Positions 1 through 11,164 of a stretch of DNA of 64,000 nt are shown here, one piece after another. The position numbers and the translations under genes were made by a program. Source of the stretch: Gammaproteobacteria bacterium (GTDB taxonomy: Bacteria; Pseudomonadota; Gammaproteobacteria; Arenicellales; JAANXG01); contig JAHEIO010000007.1 of assembly GCA_024639325.1 (NCBI GenBank), positions 4,679 through 68,678 of the forward strand, read 5' to 3'. The notes below the pieces were generated by a model that searched no databases, had not been told where the DNA came from, and was given only the letters and a program-made list of their open reading frames with translations. Positions within the stretch are counted from its first letter, which is position 1, and each line of letters begins with the position of its first letter.

Positions 1-5
1 TTTTC

Positions 6-713
6 TTGCGCGTCAGAAACCCGGACATGATGACCGTATCCCTTGAGGGATCGATCCCTGCGAAACAGAATGCCATTCCGTCCCTGCAGCAAATCCTCTC
101 GCCCGAACTGAAACTGTCCAGCCTCTCTTACAGCGTGGACGACGAGTCATTCATCAAGAAGAAGATTTCGTACTGCTCGCAAAAGAGCGGCGAGTCCCCG
201 AGCGAATTCATCAACAGCCAGATCAGGAGGATAGCCACTGATCTCAAACGATCAAACCTGTACCCCAGTGACGAACTCTCGAAGGCGTATCGCAACCACC
301 TGACCAACGCGACGAGAATTGCCGTCAACCTTGATCCATTGGAGCCGGCCGGCACGGCGGAATTAGCTCAACTCGAATCGGCTAATTTCGTCGACTGGCT
401 CGGTGTTAACGTGTTGGTTGCTGACGATGCGCTGAGCGAACTGTTTGTGGAACGCGAAGTGGCAACCGAGGAAGAGAAAGAGGAAGAGAGCGAGAAACCC
501 AGGGAAGAAACTTTCAACCCGACGCCCATTACGGAACTCGGCACTCATCTGAGCCGGCTTGCGCGCGTGAAAACCAACGATGGCAAAACTCACTATGCCT
601 ACATAGAAAACGCCGGACCCGAGATGCTGATACTGACCCAGCACCTGGTCGGTGGTAGCGCAACCTTCGAACTTGAATACTCGGAAATCATAGAAATCGC
701 AGTACTGTACTGA
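6..713 (+). CDS. hypothetical protein; frame is open to the left window edge, so the 5' end may be truncated
   Basis: 235-codon ORF from a TTG at position 6 with no in-frame stop upstream. Contains an acidic Glu-rich linker (EEEKEEESEKPREE). No family recognised by eye. Converges on greA. Confidence 0.35.
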   Translation: MRVRNPDMMTVSLEGSIPAKQNAIPSLQQILSPELKLSSLSYSVDDESFIKKKISYCSQKSGESPSEFINSQIRRIATDLKRSNLYPSDELSKAYRNHLTNATRIAVNLDPLEPAGTAELAQLESANFVDWLGVNVLVADDALSELFVEREVATEEEKEEESEKPREETFNPTPITELGTHLSRLARVKTNDGKTHYAYIENAGPEMLILTQHLVGGSATFELEYSEIIEIAVLY

Positions 714-725
714 ATTCTTTATTTC

Positions 726-1202
726 CTACTCGTAGCGAACCTTGACGATCTCGTATCCCCGTGTGCCTCCGGGTGTAATAACTTCAAATTCTTCGCCTTC
801 CTCCTTACCGATCAGGGCGCGTCCGATGGGTGAGCTAAGGGATATGCGTCCGCGTTCGAGATCGGTTTCGAGTTCGCCCACGATCTGGTAGGTCACTTCG
901 GTGTCCGACTCGACATCATACAGGTCGACTAAAGCACCGAATACGACCTTGCCTACGATATTGAGTTTCTTGGGATCCACGATCTCAGCCCGCGCCAGCT
1001 GATCCTCCAGCTCGGCGATGCGACCCTCGATGAAGCCCTGTTCGTCGCGGGCCGCGTCGTACTCCGCGTTTTCCGACAGGTCGCCGTGCGATCGCGCCTC
1101 GGCGATGGCCTTGATGACCCTCGGACGCTCCTTTTTTATCAGCCTGGCCAGTTCCTCTCGCAAATTGCCGGCACCGTCGACGGTCAGTAGTACTCGTGTC
1201 AT
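726..1202 (-). CDS. greA: transcription elongation factor GreA
   Basis: 158 aa with GreA/GreB-type sequence ([29 protein letters not shown]-terminal globular domain). Its start overlaps the carB stop by 4 nt, the common carAB-greA arrangement. Confidence 0.95.
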   Translation of the reverse strand: MTRVLLTVDGAGNLREELARLIKKERPRVIKAIAEARSHGDLSENAEYDAARDEQGFIEGRIAELEDQLARAEIVDPKKLNIVGKVVFGALVDLYDVESDTEVTYQIVGELETDLERGRISLSSPIGRALIGKEEGEEFEVITPGGTRGYEIVKVRYE

Positions 1203-4200
1203 AGGCGGACATCCTCATGTAATGCCTGCAAACGATTCACGCTCGTATGCGTACCTGCGCCGTGTGCCTCGCAGGCGGCGCGTGCGGCGGCAAGGGTGGT
1301 GAAGTAGGTGATTTTGTTTTGCAGAGCCGCCCGGCGGATAGTATAGGAGTCTTTGAGGCTCTGTTTGCCTGCCGTCGTGTTAATAATGAGGTCGATCTCA
1401 TTGTTCTTTATCATGTCGACGACATGGGGCCGTCCTTCGAGTACCTTGTTAATCCGCTTTACCTCTATTCCGGCCTCTATCAATACCGCCGCTGTGCCGT
1501 GCGTGGCAACGAGGGAGAATCCATTGTCGGCCAAATAACGGGCGATCGTCACGCAGGGCTTCTGATCCGATGTCTTGACGCTGATCAGCACCCGCCCGCT
1601 GGCAGGTATCCTTGTACCCGATGCAACCTGCGACTTGCCATAGGCCTCACCGAAGCTCCAGCCGATTCCCATGACCTCGCCGGTGCTTTTCATCTCCGGC
1701 CCGAGCACGGTATCGACTCCCGGGAATTTGATGAATGGAAACACCGCCTCCTTCACCGAGTAATACAGGGGAACGACCTCGTCCAATACGTTCTGTTCGG
1801 CCAGGCTGCGTCCCGTCATGCAGCGTGCAGCGATCTTGGCCAGCGGCCTGGACGTCGCCTTGGACACGAACGGCACCGTCCTCGAGGCGCGCGGATTGAC
1901 CTCGAGCACGTAAATTTGACCGTCCTTCACGGCGAACTGCACGTTCATCAAGCCAACAACTTCGAGAGCCCTGGCCATCGCCCCGGTCTGCTTACGCAGT
2001 TGGTCCTGAATATCGTCCGGAAGGCTGTACGGCGGCAGCGAACAGGCGGAATCCCCGGAATGCACGCCCGCCTGCTCGATGTGTTCCATGATGCCGCCAA
2101 TCAGCACGTCCTTACCGTCACAGATGGCGTCCACGTCGACCTCGATGGCGTCGTTCAAAAAGCGGTCGAGCAGCACCGGCGATTCATTGGAAACCTGGAT
2201 GGCCGCCTTCATGTAGTTCTCCAGATCGGCTTCGTTGTGCACCACTTCCATGGCGCGCCCCCCGAGTACGTACGACGGCCTAACGACCAGCGGATAGCCA
2301 ATCTCCCCCGCCAGTTGCAGCGCTTCCTGTGCGCTGGCGGCAATTCGGTTGGGCGGCTGCAGCAGATCGAGATCTTGAAGAAGCCGCTGGAAGCGTTCGC
2401 GGTCCTCCGCACGATGGATCGCCTGCGGAGACGTACCGATGATCCGCGCCCCCGCGGCTTCGAGTTCGCGTGCCAGTTTCAAGGGAGTCTGGCCGCCATA
2501 ATGCACGATGACTCCGTCCGGATTTTCGATATGGACGATCTCGATGACATCCTCGAGAGTCAGTGGTTCGAAATACAATCGGTCCGACGTATCATAATCG
2601 GTCGACACCGTCTCCGGATTGCAGTTGACCATAATAATTTGATAACCGTCCTCCTGCAGCGCCATAGACGCATGCACACAGCAGTAGTCGAACTCGATGC
2701 CCTGCCCGATGCGGTTCGGACCGCCGCCCAGTACGATGATCTTTCTGGTCTTGTCGGGCTCCGCCTCGCACTCCTCCTCGTAGGTAGAGTACATATACGC
2801 GGTCGCTGCAGCGAATTCGGCGGCACAGGAATCGACCCGTTTGTAGACCGGCCGCACCCCCTGCGCGCGGCGCTGCGCCCGAAACGCGTCTTCACTGACG
2901 CCCAGAAGCTGTGCCAGCCGGTGATCCGAAAATCCCTTGCGCTTCCACCGATACAGCGCATCCCTGTGGACGGCATTGGTTCCTTCCCGCCGTATCGTGT
3001 TCTCGGTCTCGACGAGTTCCTCGATCTCCGCCAGGAACCACGGATCGATCCGCGTGTGGGCGAAAATGTCCTCGACGGACATACCGGCCCGCATGGCATC
3101 GGCCACATACCACAAGCGTTTGGCGCCCGGCACCTGGAGCATACCCACCAGTTCGTCATCTATCTCCCGGCCGGGTTCGAGCTGCGGGTCCAGTCCGTGG
3201 GTCCCGATCTCGAGGCTCCGCGTCGCTTTCTGCAGCGACTCCTGAAAGGTGCGCCCGATTGCCATGACCTCGCCGACGGATTTCATTTGCGTCGTCAGAA
3301 CGCTGTCCGCCTGCGGAAACTTCTCGAAATCGAAACGCGGGATCTTGGTAACGACGTAGTCGATGGAAGGCTCGAACGACGCCGGTGTGACTCCCGCCGT
3401 GATTTCGTTGCGCAACTCGTCGAGAGTGAAGCCAACGGCAAGCTTTGCAGCGACCTTGGCAATGGGAAAACCCGTGGCCTTTGACGCCAGTGCAGACGAT
3501 CTCGACACCCGGGGGTTCATCTCGATGACTACCATGCGCCCGTCGTCGGGGTTGATCGCGAACTGGACATTAGAACCTCCGGTATCGACGCCGATCTCGC
3601 GCAGCACCTCTATGCTGGCGTCGCGCATCAACTGGTACTCCTTGTCAGTGAGTGTCAGGGCCGGAGCAACCGTGACGGAGTCCCCCGTGTGCATACCCAT
3701 GGGATCGAAATTTTCTATGGAACAGACGATAATGCAGTTGTCTTTGCGGTCTCGCACCACTTCCATTTCGAATTCCTTCCAGCCCAGGATCGATTCCTCG
3801 ATCAGCAACTCACTGGTGGGTGACGCGTCGAGCCCCCGCTCGCATATGTCGACGAACTCGTCCCGGTTGTAGGCAACGCCGCCGCCGCTACCGCCCAGCG
3901 TGAACGATGGCCTGATGATTGCCGGGTAGCCGACCATGGCCTGCACCTGAAACGCTGCTTCCATGCTGTGGGCAATGGCTCCCCTTGGGGTCTGCAGGTT
4001 CCGGTTGTCCATCGCCAACTTGAACCGTTCGCGATCCTCGGCCTTGTCGATGGCGTCGCGGGTAGCGCCTATCATCTCGATCCCGTATCGTTCCAGTATT
4101 CCCTCCCGGCACAGGTCGAGCGCACAGTTCAATGCGGTCTGCCCCCCCATGGTCGGCAGGATCGCGTCGGGGCGCTCGATGTCGATAATCTGTTCCACCA

Positions 4201-4417
4201 CCTGCCATGAGATGGGTTCGATATAGGTTGAATCGGCGAATGCCGGGTCGGTCATGATAGTTGCGGGATTCGAGTTGACCAGGACGATGCGGTAACCCTC
4301 TTCCTTCAGCGCTTTGCACGCCTGCACCCCGGAATAGTCGAATTCGCAGGCCTGGCCGATCACTATTGGGCCGGCGCCGATCAGAAGGATGCTTTCGATG
4401 TCGGTGCGCCTAGGCAT
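1199..4417 (-). CDS. carB: carbamoyl-phosphate synthase large subunit
   Basis: 1072 aa with a typical CarB N-terminus ([30 protein letters not shown]), duplicated ATP-grasp halves and an MGS-like C-terminus. Overlaps carA by 8 nt. Confidence 0.98.
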   Translation of the reverse strand: MPRRTDIESILLIGAGPIVIGQACEFDYSGVQACKALKEEGYRIVLVNSNPATIMTDPAFADSTYIEPISWQVVEQIIDIERPDAILPTMGGQTALNCALDLCREGILERYGIEMIGATRDAIDKAEDRERFKLAMDNRNLQTPRGAIAHSMEAAFQVQAMVGYPAIIRPSFTLGGSGGGVAYNRDEFVDICERGLDASPTSELLIEESILGWKEFEMEVVRDRKDNCIIVCSIENFDPMGMHTGDSVTVAPALTLTDKEYQLMRDASIEVLREIGVDTGGSNVQFAINPDDGRMVVIEMNPRVSRSSALASKATGFPIAKVAAKLAVGFTLDELRNEITAGVTPASFEPSIDYVVTKIPRFDFEKFPQADSVLTTQMKSVGEVMAIGRTFQESLQKATRSLEIGTHGLDPQLEPGREIDDELVGMLQVPGAKRLWYVADAMRAGMSVEDIFAHTRIDPWFLAEIEELVETENTIRREGTNAVHRDALYRWKRKGFSDHRLAQLLGVSEDAFRAQRRAQGVRPVYKRVDSCAAEFAAATAYMYSTYEEECEAEPDKTRKIIVLGGGPNRIGQGIEFDYCCVHASMALQEDGYQIIMVNCNPETVSTDYDTSDRLYFEPLTLEDVIEIVHIENPDGVIVHYGGQTPLKLARELEAAGARIIGTSPQAIHRAEDRERFQRLLQDLDLLQPPNRIAASAQEALQLAGEIGYPLVVRPSYVLGGRAMEVVHNEADLENYMKAAIQVSNESPVLLDRFLNDAIEVDVDAICDGKDVLIGGIMEHIEQAGVHSGDSACSLPPYSLPDDIQDQLRKQTGAMARALEVVGLMNVQFAVKDGQIYVLEVNPRASRTVPFVSKATSRPLAKIAARCMTGRSLAEQNVLDEVVPLYYSVKEAVFPFIKFPGVDTVLGPEMKSTGEVMGIGWSFGEAYGKSQVASGTRIPASGRVLISVKTSDQKPCVTIARYLADNGFSLVATHGTAAVLIEAGIEVKRINKVLEGRPHVVDMIKNNEIDLIINTTAGKQSLKDSYTIRRAALQNKITYFTTLAAARAACEAHGAGTHTSVNRLQALHEDVRL

Positions 4418-5570
4418 TGCCGCTCACCTGCCTTGCCGCTGATTCCGTGCGCCGGTATTCACGCATGCGGTCGATAAATGTGTCGAAAAGATAAACGACA
4501 TCGTGAGGACCCGGGCTGGCCTCCGGGTGCCCCTGAAAAGAAAAGGCGGGACGATCGGTGCGCCGAATGCCCTGAACGGAGCCATCGAACAGAGACCTGT
4601 GCGTCAATTCCAGATTGGCAGGCAGTTCATCGACCATAAATCCGTGATTCTGGCTGGTTATGAGGACCTGGCCACTGGCTATGTCCTGAACGGGATGGTT
4701 TGCGCCGTGGTGCCCAAATTTCATCTTGACCGTTGTCGCGGAGGACGCCAATGCCAGCAGCTGGTGGCCGAGGCAGATCCCGAAGACCGGCACTGCCTTA
4801 TTCACGATCTCCCCGATAGACTGGATTGCGTAGTGACAAGGTTCCGGATCGCCGGGACCATTCGACAGGAATACACCATCCGGGCGCCGCGCAAGCACCA
4901 GTGCCGACGGCGTGGTGGCAGGCACGACGGTGACTTCGCAGCCTCGATCGACCAGCAGGCGGAGTATATTGCGCTTGATGCCGAAGTCGTACGCCACGAC
5001 CTTGTATAGCGAGGGCGGTGAATCGCGATAGCCGCCGTCCAGATCCCAGCCGCCCTCGGACCAGTTATAGATCCGGTCTGTGGTCACTTCCCGGGCGAGA
5101 TCCATGCCTTTCAGTCCGGGAAACGAGCGCGCTTGTGCAACGGCGGCTGCCGGATCGATGTGTTCACCCGCCACGATGCAACCGCGCTGCGCCCCGTGTT
5201 CGCGTATCAGCCGGGTCAGCCTGCGCGTATCGATGTCCGCGATCGCGACCCGTTCGTGTTGGACCAGAAAATCCGACAGCGTGCCTTCGGCGCGCCAGCT
5301 GCTTACCCGTCTGGGGACATTCCGCACGACCAGTCCCGAAGCGTGTATGCGATCCGATTCGTAGTCCTCCGTGTTGGTCCCGGTGTTGCCGATGTGCGGG
5401 CAAGTCAATGTAACGATCTGGCGGGCATATGAAGGGTCGGTGAGGATCTCCTGGTATCCGGTCATGGCGGTGTTGAACACTACTTCTCCGACCGTGCTTC
5501 CCTCTACGCCGATGGACACCCCGTTAAACAAGGTCCCGTCTTCCAGAGCCAGTAGAGCCTTAGCTATCAA
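4410..5570 (-). CDS. carA: carbamoyl-phosphate synthase small (glutamine amidotransferase) subunit
   Basis: 386 aa with a CPSase small-chain N-domain and a class-I GATase region (GICLGHQLL ... HHGANHP). Confidence 0.97.
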   Translation of the reverse strand: MIAKALLALEDGTLFNGVSIGVEGSTVGEVVFNTAMTGYQEILTDPSYARQIVTLTCPHIGNTGTNTEDYESDRIHASGLVVRNVPRRVSSWRAEGTLSDFLVQHERVAIADIDTRRLTRLIREHGAQRGCIVAGEHIDPAAAVAQARSFPGLKGMDLAREVTTDRIYNWSEGGWDLDGGYRDSPPSLYKVVAYDFGIKRNILRLLVDRGCEVTVVPATTPSALVLARRPDGVFLSNGPGDPEPCHYAIQSIGEIVNKAVPVFGICLGHQLLALASSATTVKMKFGHHGANHPVQDIASGQVLITSQNHGFMVDELPANLELTHRSLFDGSVQGIRRTDRPAFSFQGHPEASPGPHDVVYLFDTFIDRMREYRRTESAARQVSGNA

Positions 5571-5619
5571 GATGTGCCTGTGTACCGTTCAACCGTTGAT
5601 GGGTATCTGGCGTCCACCC

Positions 5620-5652
5620 AAAAAAAGGGAGAAACCCGTTCGAGTTTCTCCC
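5620..5652 (-). terminator. rho-independent terminator downstream of dapB
   Basis: On the minus strand: GGGAGAAAC / 8-nt loop / GTTTCTCCC followed directly by TTTTTTT. It begins 25 nt after the dapB stop. Confidence 0.65.
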
Positions 5653-5677
5653 GTTGGTATCGTGTCTGCCGCTGTCA

Positions 5678-6511
5678 TTAACGTGATGATTTTAAATCAG
5701 AAGCGCTCCCGGAGCAATTGAGACCGAGCACGTCCTGCATATCGAACAGACCGCGTTCATGCTGCATGCACCATATTGCCGCGCGCACCGCGCCGCTGGC
5801 AAATGTCATCCGACTGGAAGACCGATGGGTTATCTCTATGCGCTCGCCGTCACCGGCGAGCAGCACACAGTGTTCCCCGACGATATCTCCTCCGCGGACG
5901 CTGGAAAAACCGATCGCAGACCGGTGCCTTGGCCCGGCCCGACCCCGACGTCCGTAAACCGCGTGATCATCCAGGTTCCGGTCGAGCTCCGATGCGACGA
6001 TCTCGCCGAACCTCAACGCCGTACCGGAAGGGGAATCCACCTTATGCCGATGGTGTGCTTCGATGATTTCGATATCGAAATCATTACCCAGCGTGCGCGC
6101 CGCAACCCCGGCAAGGTGAAAGCACAGGTTTACCCCGACGCTCATGTTCGGTGCCATGACAATTGCAATCTCTCCGGATAGTTCGCGAACCCGTTCCTTA
6201 TCCGGGTCAGCGAGGCCGGTGGTGCCGATTACCATGCGCCGGCCCCTGGCACGGCAGTGTTCCGCGTGATTCAAAGTTGCTCCCGGCGTGGTGAACTCGA
6301 TCAGAACGTCGAAAAATTGTTCCGCCAGTTCCGAGTCGATGGCAACGCCGAGACCGCCGACGCCGGCCACAACGCCCGCATCCAGGCCCAAAGAATCCGA
6401 AGCCTCGCGTTCTACCGCGCAACTCAATTCAACATCCGGGTTGGCATGCACGGCCTGCACTACGCAACGACCCATGCGTCCCGCAGCACCCGTCACCGCC
6501 AGCTTGATCAT
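5678..6511 (-). CDS. dapB: 4-hydroxy-tetrahydrodipicolinate reductase
   Basis: 277 aa with a Rossmann N-terminus (MIKLAVTGAAGRMGR) and the DapB signature EAHHRHKVDSPSGTA. Confidence 0.95.
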   Translation of the reverse strand: MIKLAVTGAAGRMGRCVVQAVHANPDVELSCAVEREASDSLGLDAGVVAGVGGLGVAIDSELAEQFFDVLIEFTTPGATLNHAEHCRARGRRMVIGTTGLADPDKERVRELSGEIAIVMAPNMSVGVNLCFHLAGVAARTLGNDFDIEIIEAHHRHKVDSPSGTALRFGEIVASELDRNLDDHAVYGRRGRAGPRHRSAIGFSSVRGGDIVGEHCVLLAGDGERIEITHRSSSRMTFASGAVRAAIWCMQHERGLFDMQDVLGLNCSGSASDLKSSR

Positions 6512-6718
6512 CTTCTTTTCGTGCTCCAGCGTTGGACTGGGAAAGCAATCAGAGGCAATTTCCGCAGGTGTGAATCCACCTCAAATCTGGTCTGGCAAAT
6601 TGACTCTGACCCCTCGATTATTCATATTGTACCATTGCGCATATCGCGGGTAGACGGAACCGGTGCCCACCATAAAGAGTCTTGACTCGACTACGTCAAG
6701 CTGGGGTGTGTAGCTTAA

Positions 6719-7396
6719 TTGAACCCAAGGCAGAGACATCCCTTCCCCAATTTGCATCCCTGGCGTATCAGCAGTCGGCGCGCCGGAAATATTCAGGACG
6801 AACTGAGAAAGCGCATAGTCCTGGAGGATGAAATCGGTCGCGTCGTGCAGGTCGCGGGCGTCGACGTCGGATTCGAAAACGACGGCGCCACCGCCCGTGC
6901 CGCCGTAGTGGTTTTATCCTATCCGGACCTGACCGTGGTTGAGAGCGCCGTGGCGAGGCGCAGGGTCTTGTTTCCATACATCCCCGGTTATCTGTCGTTC
7001 AGGGAATTACCCTCGATCCTTTCCGCACTGGCCAAGGTACGGACGATGCCGGACATCATACTGTGCGATGGCCAGGGGTATGCACATCCCCGCAGATTCG
7101 GCCTCGCCTGCCACCTTGGGGTGATTACCGACATCGCGACCATTGGCGTTGCAAAATCCAGATTGATCGGGTCACACCGGGACGTGGGCATCGAAAAAGG
7201 CAGCTGGGCTCATCTGGTTCACGACGGCGAAAAAATCGGTGCGGTCCTGCGGACGCGACGCAATACGAATCCCGTTTACGTCTCGGTTGGCCATAAGATC
7301 ACCTTGAGGACGGCGATGCGCTACACCCTGGCGTGCTGCCCGCAATATCGCCTGCCGGAAACTACCCGCGCCGCGCACAAGCTGGCCAGCGGTTGA
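6719..7396 (+). CDS. nfi: endonuclease V (deoxyinosine 3' endonuclease)
   Basis: 225 aa, colinear with E. coli Nfi motifs (DVGF, YIPGYLSFRE, DGQGYAHPRRFGLACHLGV, IGVAKS). The TTG start is uncertain. Confidence 0.9.
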   Translation: MNPRQRHPFPNLHPWRISSRRAGNIQDELRKRIVLEDEIGRVVQVAGVDVGFENDGATARAAVVVLSYPDLTVVESAVARRRVLFPYIPGYLSFRELPSILSALAKVRTMPDIILCDGQGYAHPRRFGLACHLGVITDIATIGVAKSRLIGSHRDVGIEKGSWAHLVHDGEKIGAVLRTRRNTNPVYVSVGHKITLRTAMRYTLACCPQYRLPETTRAAHKLASG

Positions 7397-7467
7397 CGGC
7401 GATGGCTGATCTATATCGATGCTAACCGTCGCGGGGCGCGCCTCCTCGGAGGATCAGCGCCGCCGGA

Positions 7468-8526
7468 TCATCCTGCGGCCGATTGCTGTGGGGACTGGAA
7501 AAATTTTTTAAAAGCATCGACGACGAGGTCTATTTGATCCGCGTTGAAATCATGGTGGGTCACCAGCCGCACGGTATCACCGAAGCCGTGGATTAGAACG
7601 CCCCGGGTTTTCATTTCTTTCATCAAGGTCGGAAGCAAGCCGGTTTCGACTGCGGCAAAAATCATATTGGTCTGGTTGCCGTCATATCGGATTTCGAGCC
7701 CATCTATGCTGCCGAGATGCTCTGCCAGCACGGCCGCATTCATGTGGTCCCGTTTCAGATGATCCACCTGTTCCGTCAGCGCCAGGATGCACGCCGAGGC
7801 CAACACTCCGGCCTGCCGCATTCCCCCGCCCAGCATTTTGCGCCATCTGTGCGCCGTCCTTATGAACTCCCCGGACCCGCACAATACCGAACCGACCGGC
7901 GCGCACAAACCCTTGGAGAGGCAAACCGAGACCGAATCGAAGTGCCGGCTGATTTCCCAAACTGGCACATCGAGCTCGACGGCGGCATTGAATACCCGAG
8001 CGCCGTCGAGATGCAGCTTCAATCCGTGCCCGTCCGCGAAGCGTCGCGCATCGGCAAGATAATCCATCGGCAGGACCTTACCGTTCTGGGTGTTTTCGAG
8101 GCACAGCAACCGTGAAATCGCGAAGTGGGGATCATCCGGTTTGATATTCGCGGCGACGAGATCGAGATCCAGCGTACCATCCGGCTCGAAGTTCAGCGGC
8201 TGCGGCTGAATGCTTCCCATCACCGCCGCCCCGCCCGCTTCCATCCGGTAGGTGTGCGCCGTCTGCCCGACGATGTACTCCTCTCCGCGCTGACAGTGGC
8301 TGAGCAGCGCGCAAAGGTTGGATTGCGTCCCGCTCGGCAGGAACAGCGCCGCCTCGGTCTGCAGCGTTTCCGCCGCCGTCTGCTGAAGCCGTATGACCGT
8401 GGGATCGTCGCCAAACACGTCGTCACCCACGTCCGCTTCGCTCATCGCACGGCGCATGGCGCGCGTCGGTCGGGTTACGGTGTCGCTGCGCAGGTCGATG
8501 TATTCTCTATCTTTAGTACCGGTCAT
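7468..8526 (-). CDS. ltaE: low-specificity L-threonine aldolase (PLP-dependent)
   Basis: 352 aa. The N-terminus (DLRSDTVTRPT ... GDDVFGDDPTV) and overall layout are typical of the threonine aldolase family. Confidence 0.85.
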   Translation of the reverse strand: MTGTKDREYIDLRSDTVTRPTRAMRRAMSEADVGDDVFGDDPTVIRLQQTAAETLQTEAALFLPSGTQSNLCALLSHCQRGEEYIVGQTAHTYRMEAGGAAVMGSIQPQPLNFEPDGTLDLDLVAANIKPDDPHFAISRLLCLENTQNGKVLPMDYLADARRFADGHGLKLHLDGARVFNAAVELDVPVWEISRHFDSVSVCLSKGLCAPVGSVLCGSGEFIRTAHRWRKMLGGGMRQAGVLASACILALTEQVDHLKRDHMNAAVLAEHLGSIDGLEIRYDGNQTNMIFAAVETGLLPTLMKEMKTRGVLIHGFGDTVRLVTHHDFNADQIDLVVDAFKKFFQSPQQSAAG

Positions 8527-8739
8527 GATGCAAAGCGCTCCGATAGGTCTCTTTCGTAATTAAACAGCCTTTGCGGGGAAACCCATTGTAGTAGCAATCC
8601 CGATACGTAATCCAACATCTAATCCTTGATCGCCGGAGGATACGCGGCCAGGCCGCCATCGCCGCCGCGAAATCTTCGCAGTTGACGAACAATACGTCCT
8701 GGCTGCGTTTTTTGCGTAAACGACGGCGGCCACTGATTG

Positions 8740-9549
8740 TCAAAGCCTGACCGGAAGAGAATCGAGATAATCGCTCATTTCCTGGAGGAGACTTTTTGCG
8801 GTCTTGCAATGACGCCAGTTACCGACCCCGAGGATATCCCCCGGGCCCCGCACGGCAAGCCGGCGCAATGCTTCGCGAAGCTGACCCCGCTGCGTGGCGC
8901 TGAATTGCCATTGTTCAACGAATTGGCAATAGGTCTTCTCGGCGGGGCTGTGTACCGATACCGCGCACGCGAGGCCATCGAGAATACCGCTCAATTCATC
9001 GATATCCCGAAGTTTTGCTGAGATCAAATCTTCCGCCATGGAAGCCTCGACCGTGGACACGCCGGTGGACTTGTTATCCGAAATCACCTTGTAGCACTGC
9101 ACCAGTTCATTCGTGCCGAATCGAATCGCTATGCCGTAAAAAGCCGAGGCTTCCATATCGCACACCGTCGACGACGGATAGTGTTCGACCGGTTTGTCGA
9201 AGGTCATCACGTGCGAGCCAATACCGGGAAGATCCGCGATCCGGGGCGGGTAACGGCTGCGGGAATCACCCTGATCCGTGATTTTCAGGGCGATGATGCC
9301 CGTACCAACGGCCATGCTGTGATGTCCGGCCAGGCCGACGTTCAGCCAAACCTGATCCGGGCGGTTGTCCAGCCCGCCCAGATAGGCAACGCCTGCCGCC
9401 GAATTGACCTTTCCGACGCCGGTTACAACGAGCCTCATGCGATCAGCGGTATAGACACGGAAGCTCCTCGAACTACGGTCCCGCGACATGCGGAAATGGC
9501 GCACCAGTGGTCTGGCCTCGCAGGCCAGGGCGACTACCAGATTGATCAC
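8740..9549 (-). CDS. nucleoside phosphorylase / nucleosidase (PNP_UDP_1)-like protein with an uncharacterised C-terminal extension
   Basis: 269 aa. N-terminal MINLVVALACEARPL ... VVTGVGKVNSA ... DMEASAF resembles MTA/SAH-nucleosidase-type phosphorylase folds. The last ~90 aa match nothing I recognise. 4-nt overlap with the upstream GT2 gene. Confidence 0.45.
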   Translation of the reverse strand: MINLVVALACEARPLVRHFRMSRDRSSRSFRVYTADRMRLVVTGVGKVNSAAGVAYLGGLDNRPDQVWLNVGLAGHHSMAVGTGIIALKITDQGDSRSRYPPRIADLPGIGSHVMTFDKPVEHYPSSTVCDMEASAFYGIAIRFGTNELVQCYKVISDNKSTGVSTVEASMAEDLISAKLRDIDELSGILDGLACAVSVHSPAEKTYCQFVEQWQFSATQRGQLREALRRLAVRGPGDILGVGNWRHCKTAKSLLQEMSDYLDSLPVRL

Positions 9550-10397
9550 TCGCCGCCACTCCCCCGATCGAGCGCCAGCTTCTCATAAGCGGTTATCTTT
9601 TCGCAGCACTCCTGTACGAGCATCGTGTTATTTCTTTTGCCTGCCCCGGCACGCAGAATACGGAGCTTGTGGAGCAGCGTTTCGAGCGTCGCGGCTCTGT
9701 CCGGTCCATTTAGTGCGTCGGTATTCAACATTTTTTCCAATGCGCCTATCCTGAATCGATCCATGCCCCAGTATTTCCTGGATAACTGGTCCCCGTGTCC
9801 GCCGTATTTTTTCACCAGGAGTTCGCGCACGAACAGCACCTGATGGACAGCACAGATTCTCAGCCAAAGGTCGTAATCTTCGCAAGCGGGAAGGTTCTCG
9901 TCGAATTTCCCCACCTGTTCGAAGACCGATTCGTGGATCAATACGGACGAGGGAGAAATGACGCACCTCGGCAGGCATTTTTCATAGATCCAACCGCCAA
10001 ACTTCTCATGCTTGCGCATTGGATTAACCCTCTTGTTTCGCCTTATCCAGATTTCATCGGTGTGGCATATCCGACACCCCGGGTGCAGGAATAATGCCTG
10101 ACACTGGGCGGCAAGCTTGCCCGGCAGCCATTCATCATCCGAATCCAGGAACGCAATCCATTCCCCCTTTGCACGCTCTATCCCGGCGTTACGGGCGCTG
10201 CTCACGCCGCTGTTGTCCTGATAGGAGTAATCGACCCCTGGAAACTCACGACTGATCATGTCCCGGGTCGTATCGGTGGACCCATCGTCGACGACAATGA
10301 TTTCATAGGGCCTCCGGCTCTGCATAAGCACGGAATCCAGCGCGCGGCGCAGCGGTCCGGCGCGGTTGCAGGTGGGGATGACAACCGAGACATTCAC
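9546..10397 (-). CDS. family 2 glycosyltransferase
   Basis: 283 aa. VSVVIPTCNRAGPLRRALDSVLMQS ... EIIVVDDGSTD and a DSDDE acidic motif are typical of GT-A / GT2 enzymes. Confidence 0.85.
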   Translation of the reverse strand: MNVSVVIPTCNRAGPLRRALDSVLMQSRRPYEIIVVDDGSTDTTRDMISREFPGVDYSYQDNSGVSSARNAGIERAKGEWIAFLDSDDEWLPGKLAAQCQALFLHPGCRICHTDEIWIRRNKRVNPMRKHEKFGGWIYEKCLPRCVISPSSVLIHESVFEQVGKFDENLPACEDYDLWLRICAVHQVLFVRELLVKKYGGHGDQLSRKYWGMDRFRIGALEKMLNTDALNGPDRAATLETLLHKLRILRAGAGKRNNTMLVQECCEKITAYEKLALDRGSGGE

Positions 10398-10417
10398 ACC
10401 TTAAAACGCGGGTTGTA

Positions 10418-11164
10418 TCAGGCCAGCCTGCCCGCCCGGACGACCAGAGGCCAGCTCACCCGGCGTTTGTCTGTGTCGCGCCCCCAGACTTCACGCAGGC
10501 GCTCGGTCAGAACATCAACTGGATCATTGCCGTGTTCACGCATATATCGCCGAGTCGCGGACCAGCTCCTGACGTAATCTGCAACTTGCTTGAGATCCCA
10601 TTGCTTATCGATGTAAAACGAAGGCAGCGCTTCTTCGACCAGCGGCAGATCCAGCGTTCGATAGCCGCTTTCAATGTGGCGGCGCTCGGCGGGCCAATAA
10701 GGACCCACCGTGTGCCTGTAGAATGAAGCAATGCGTTCATCGACGTCGGGGCATATGTGCATTCCCGAATAACACCAGGCAGCAAGCACCCCCTCATTTT
10801 TGAGTACCCGCCGCACCTCTTCGACAAATTCATGGATGTCGAACCAGTGCAGGGCCTGCGCCACGACAACCAGGTCGATGACGCGGTCCGCGATCGCTGA
10901 CGCTTCCGCTGCCGCCACATGGCGGTGCACGCGCCCGACCCGCTGTGCCTGCCGTATCTGCTCGAAGCTGACATCGGTGGCGAATACGGCATCGAAATAC
11001 TTTGCCAGGGAATGGGCGGCCTGACCGTTTCCCGTCGCACAGTCCCATACACGACTCGTGTCGGGGGACATTGCCGCCAGCCGTTGGAACAACGCGTCGG
11101 GATAATCGGGTCGGGAGCGGCCGTATTGAACCGCGTGTCCGGAGAAGTGATCTTCAACCTGCAT
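10418..11164 (-). CDS. class I SAM-dependent methyltransferase
   Basis: 248 aa with SAM-binding motif I (VWDCATGNGQAA) and an acidic loop (VFATDVS). Confidence 0.8.
   Translation of the reverse strand: MQVEDHFSGHAVQYGRSRPDYPDALFQRLAAMSPDTSRVWDCATGNGQAAHSLAKYFDAVFATDVSFEQIRQAQRVGRVHRHVAAAEASAIADRVIDLVVVAQALHWFDIHEFVEEVRRVLKNEGVLAAWCYSGMHICPDVDERIASFYRHTVGPYWPAERRHIESGYRTLDLPLVEEALPSFYIDKQWDLKQVADYVRSWSATRRYMREHGNDPVDVLTERLREVWGRDTDKRRVSWPLVVRAGRLA

Noticed and set aside
1247-3484. 745-aa ORF on the plus strand
   Set aside because: It lies entirely antisense to carB, which has unambiguous homology. The translated product is Arg/Gly/His-rich low-information sequence, typical of stop-poor antisense frames in GC-rich DNA.
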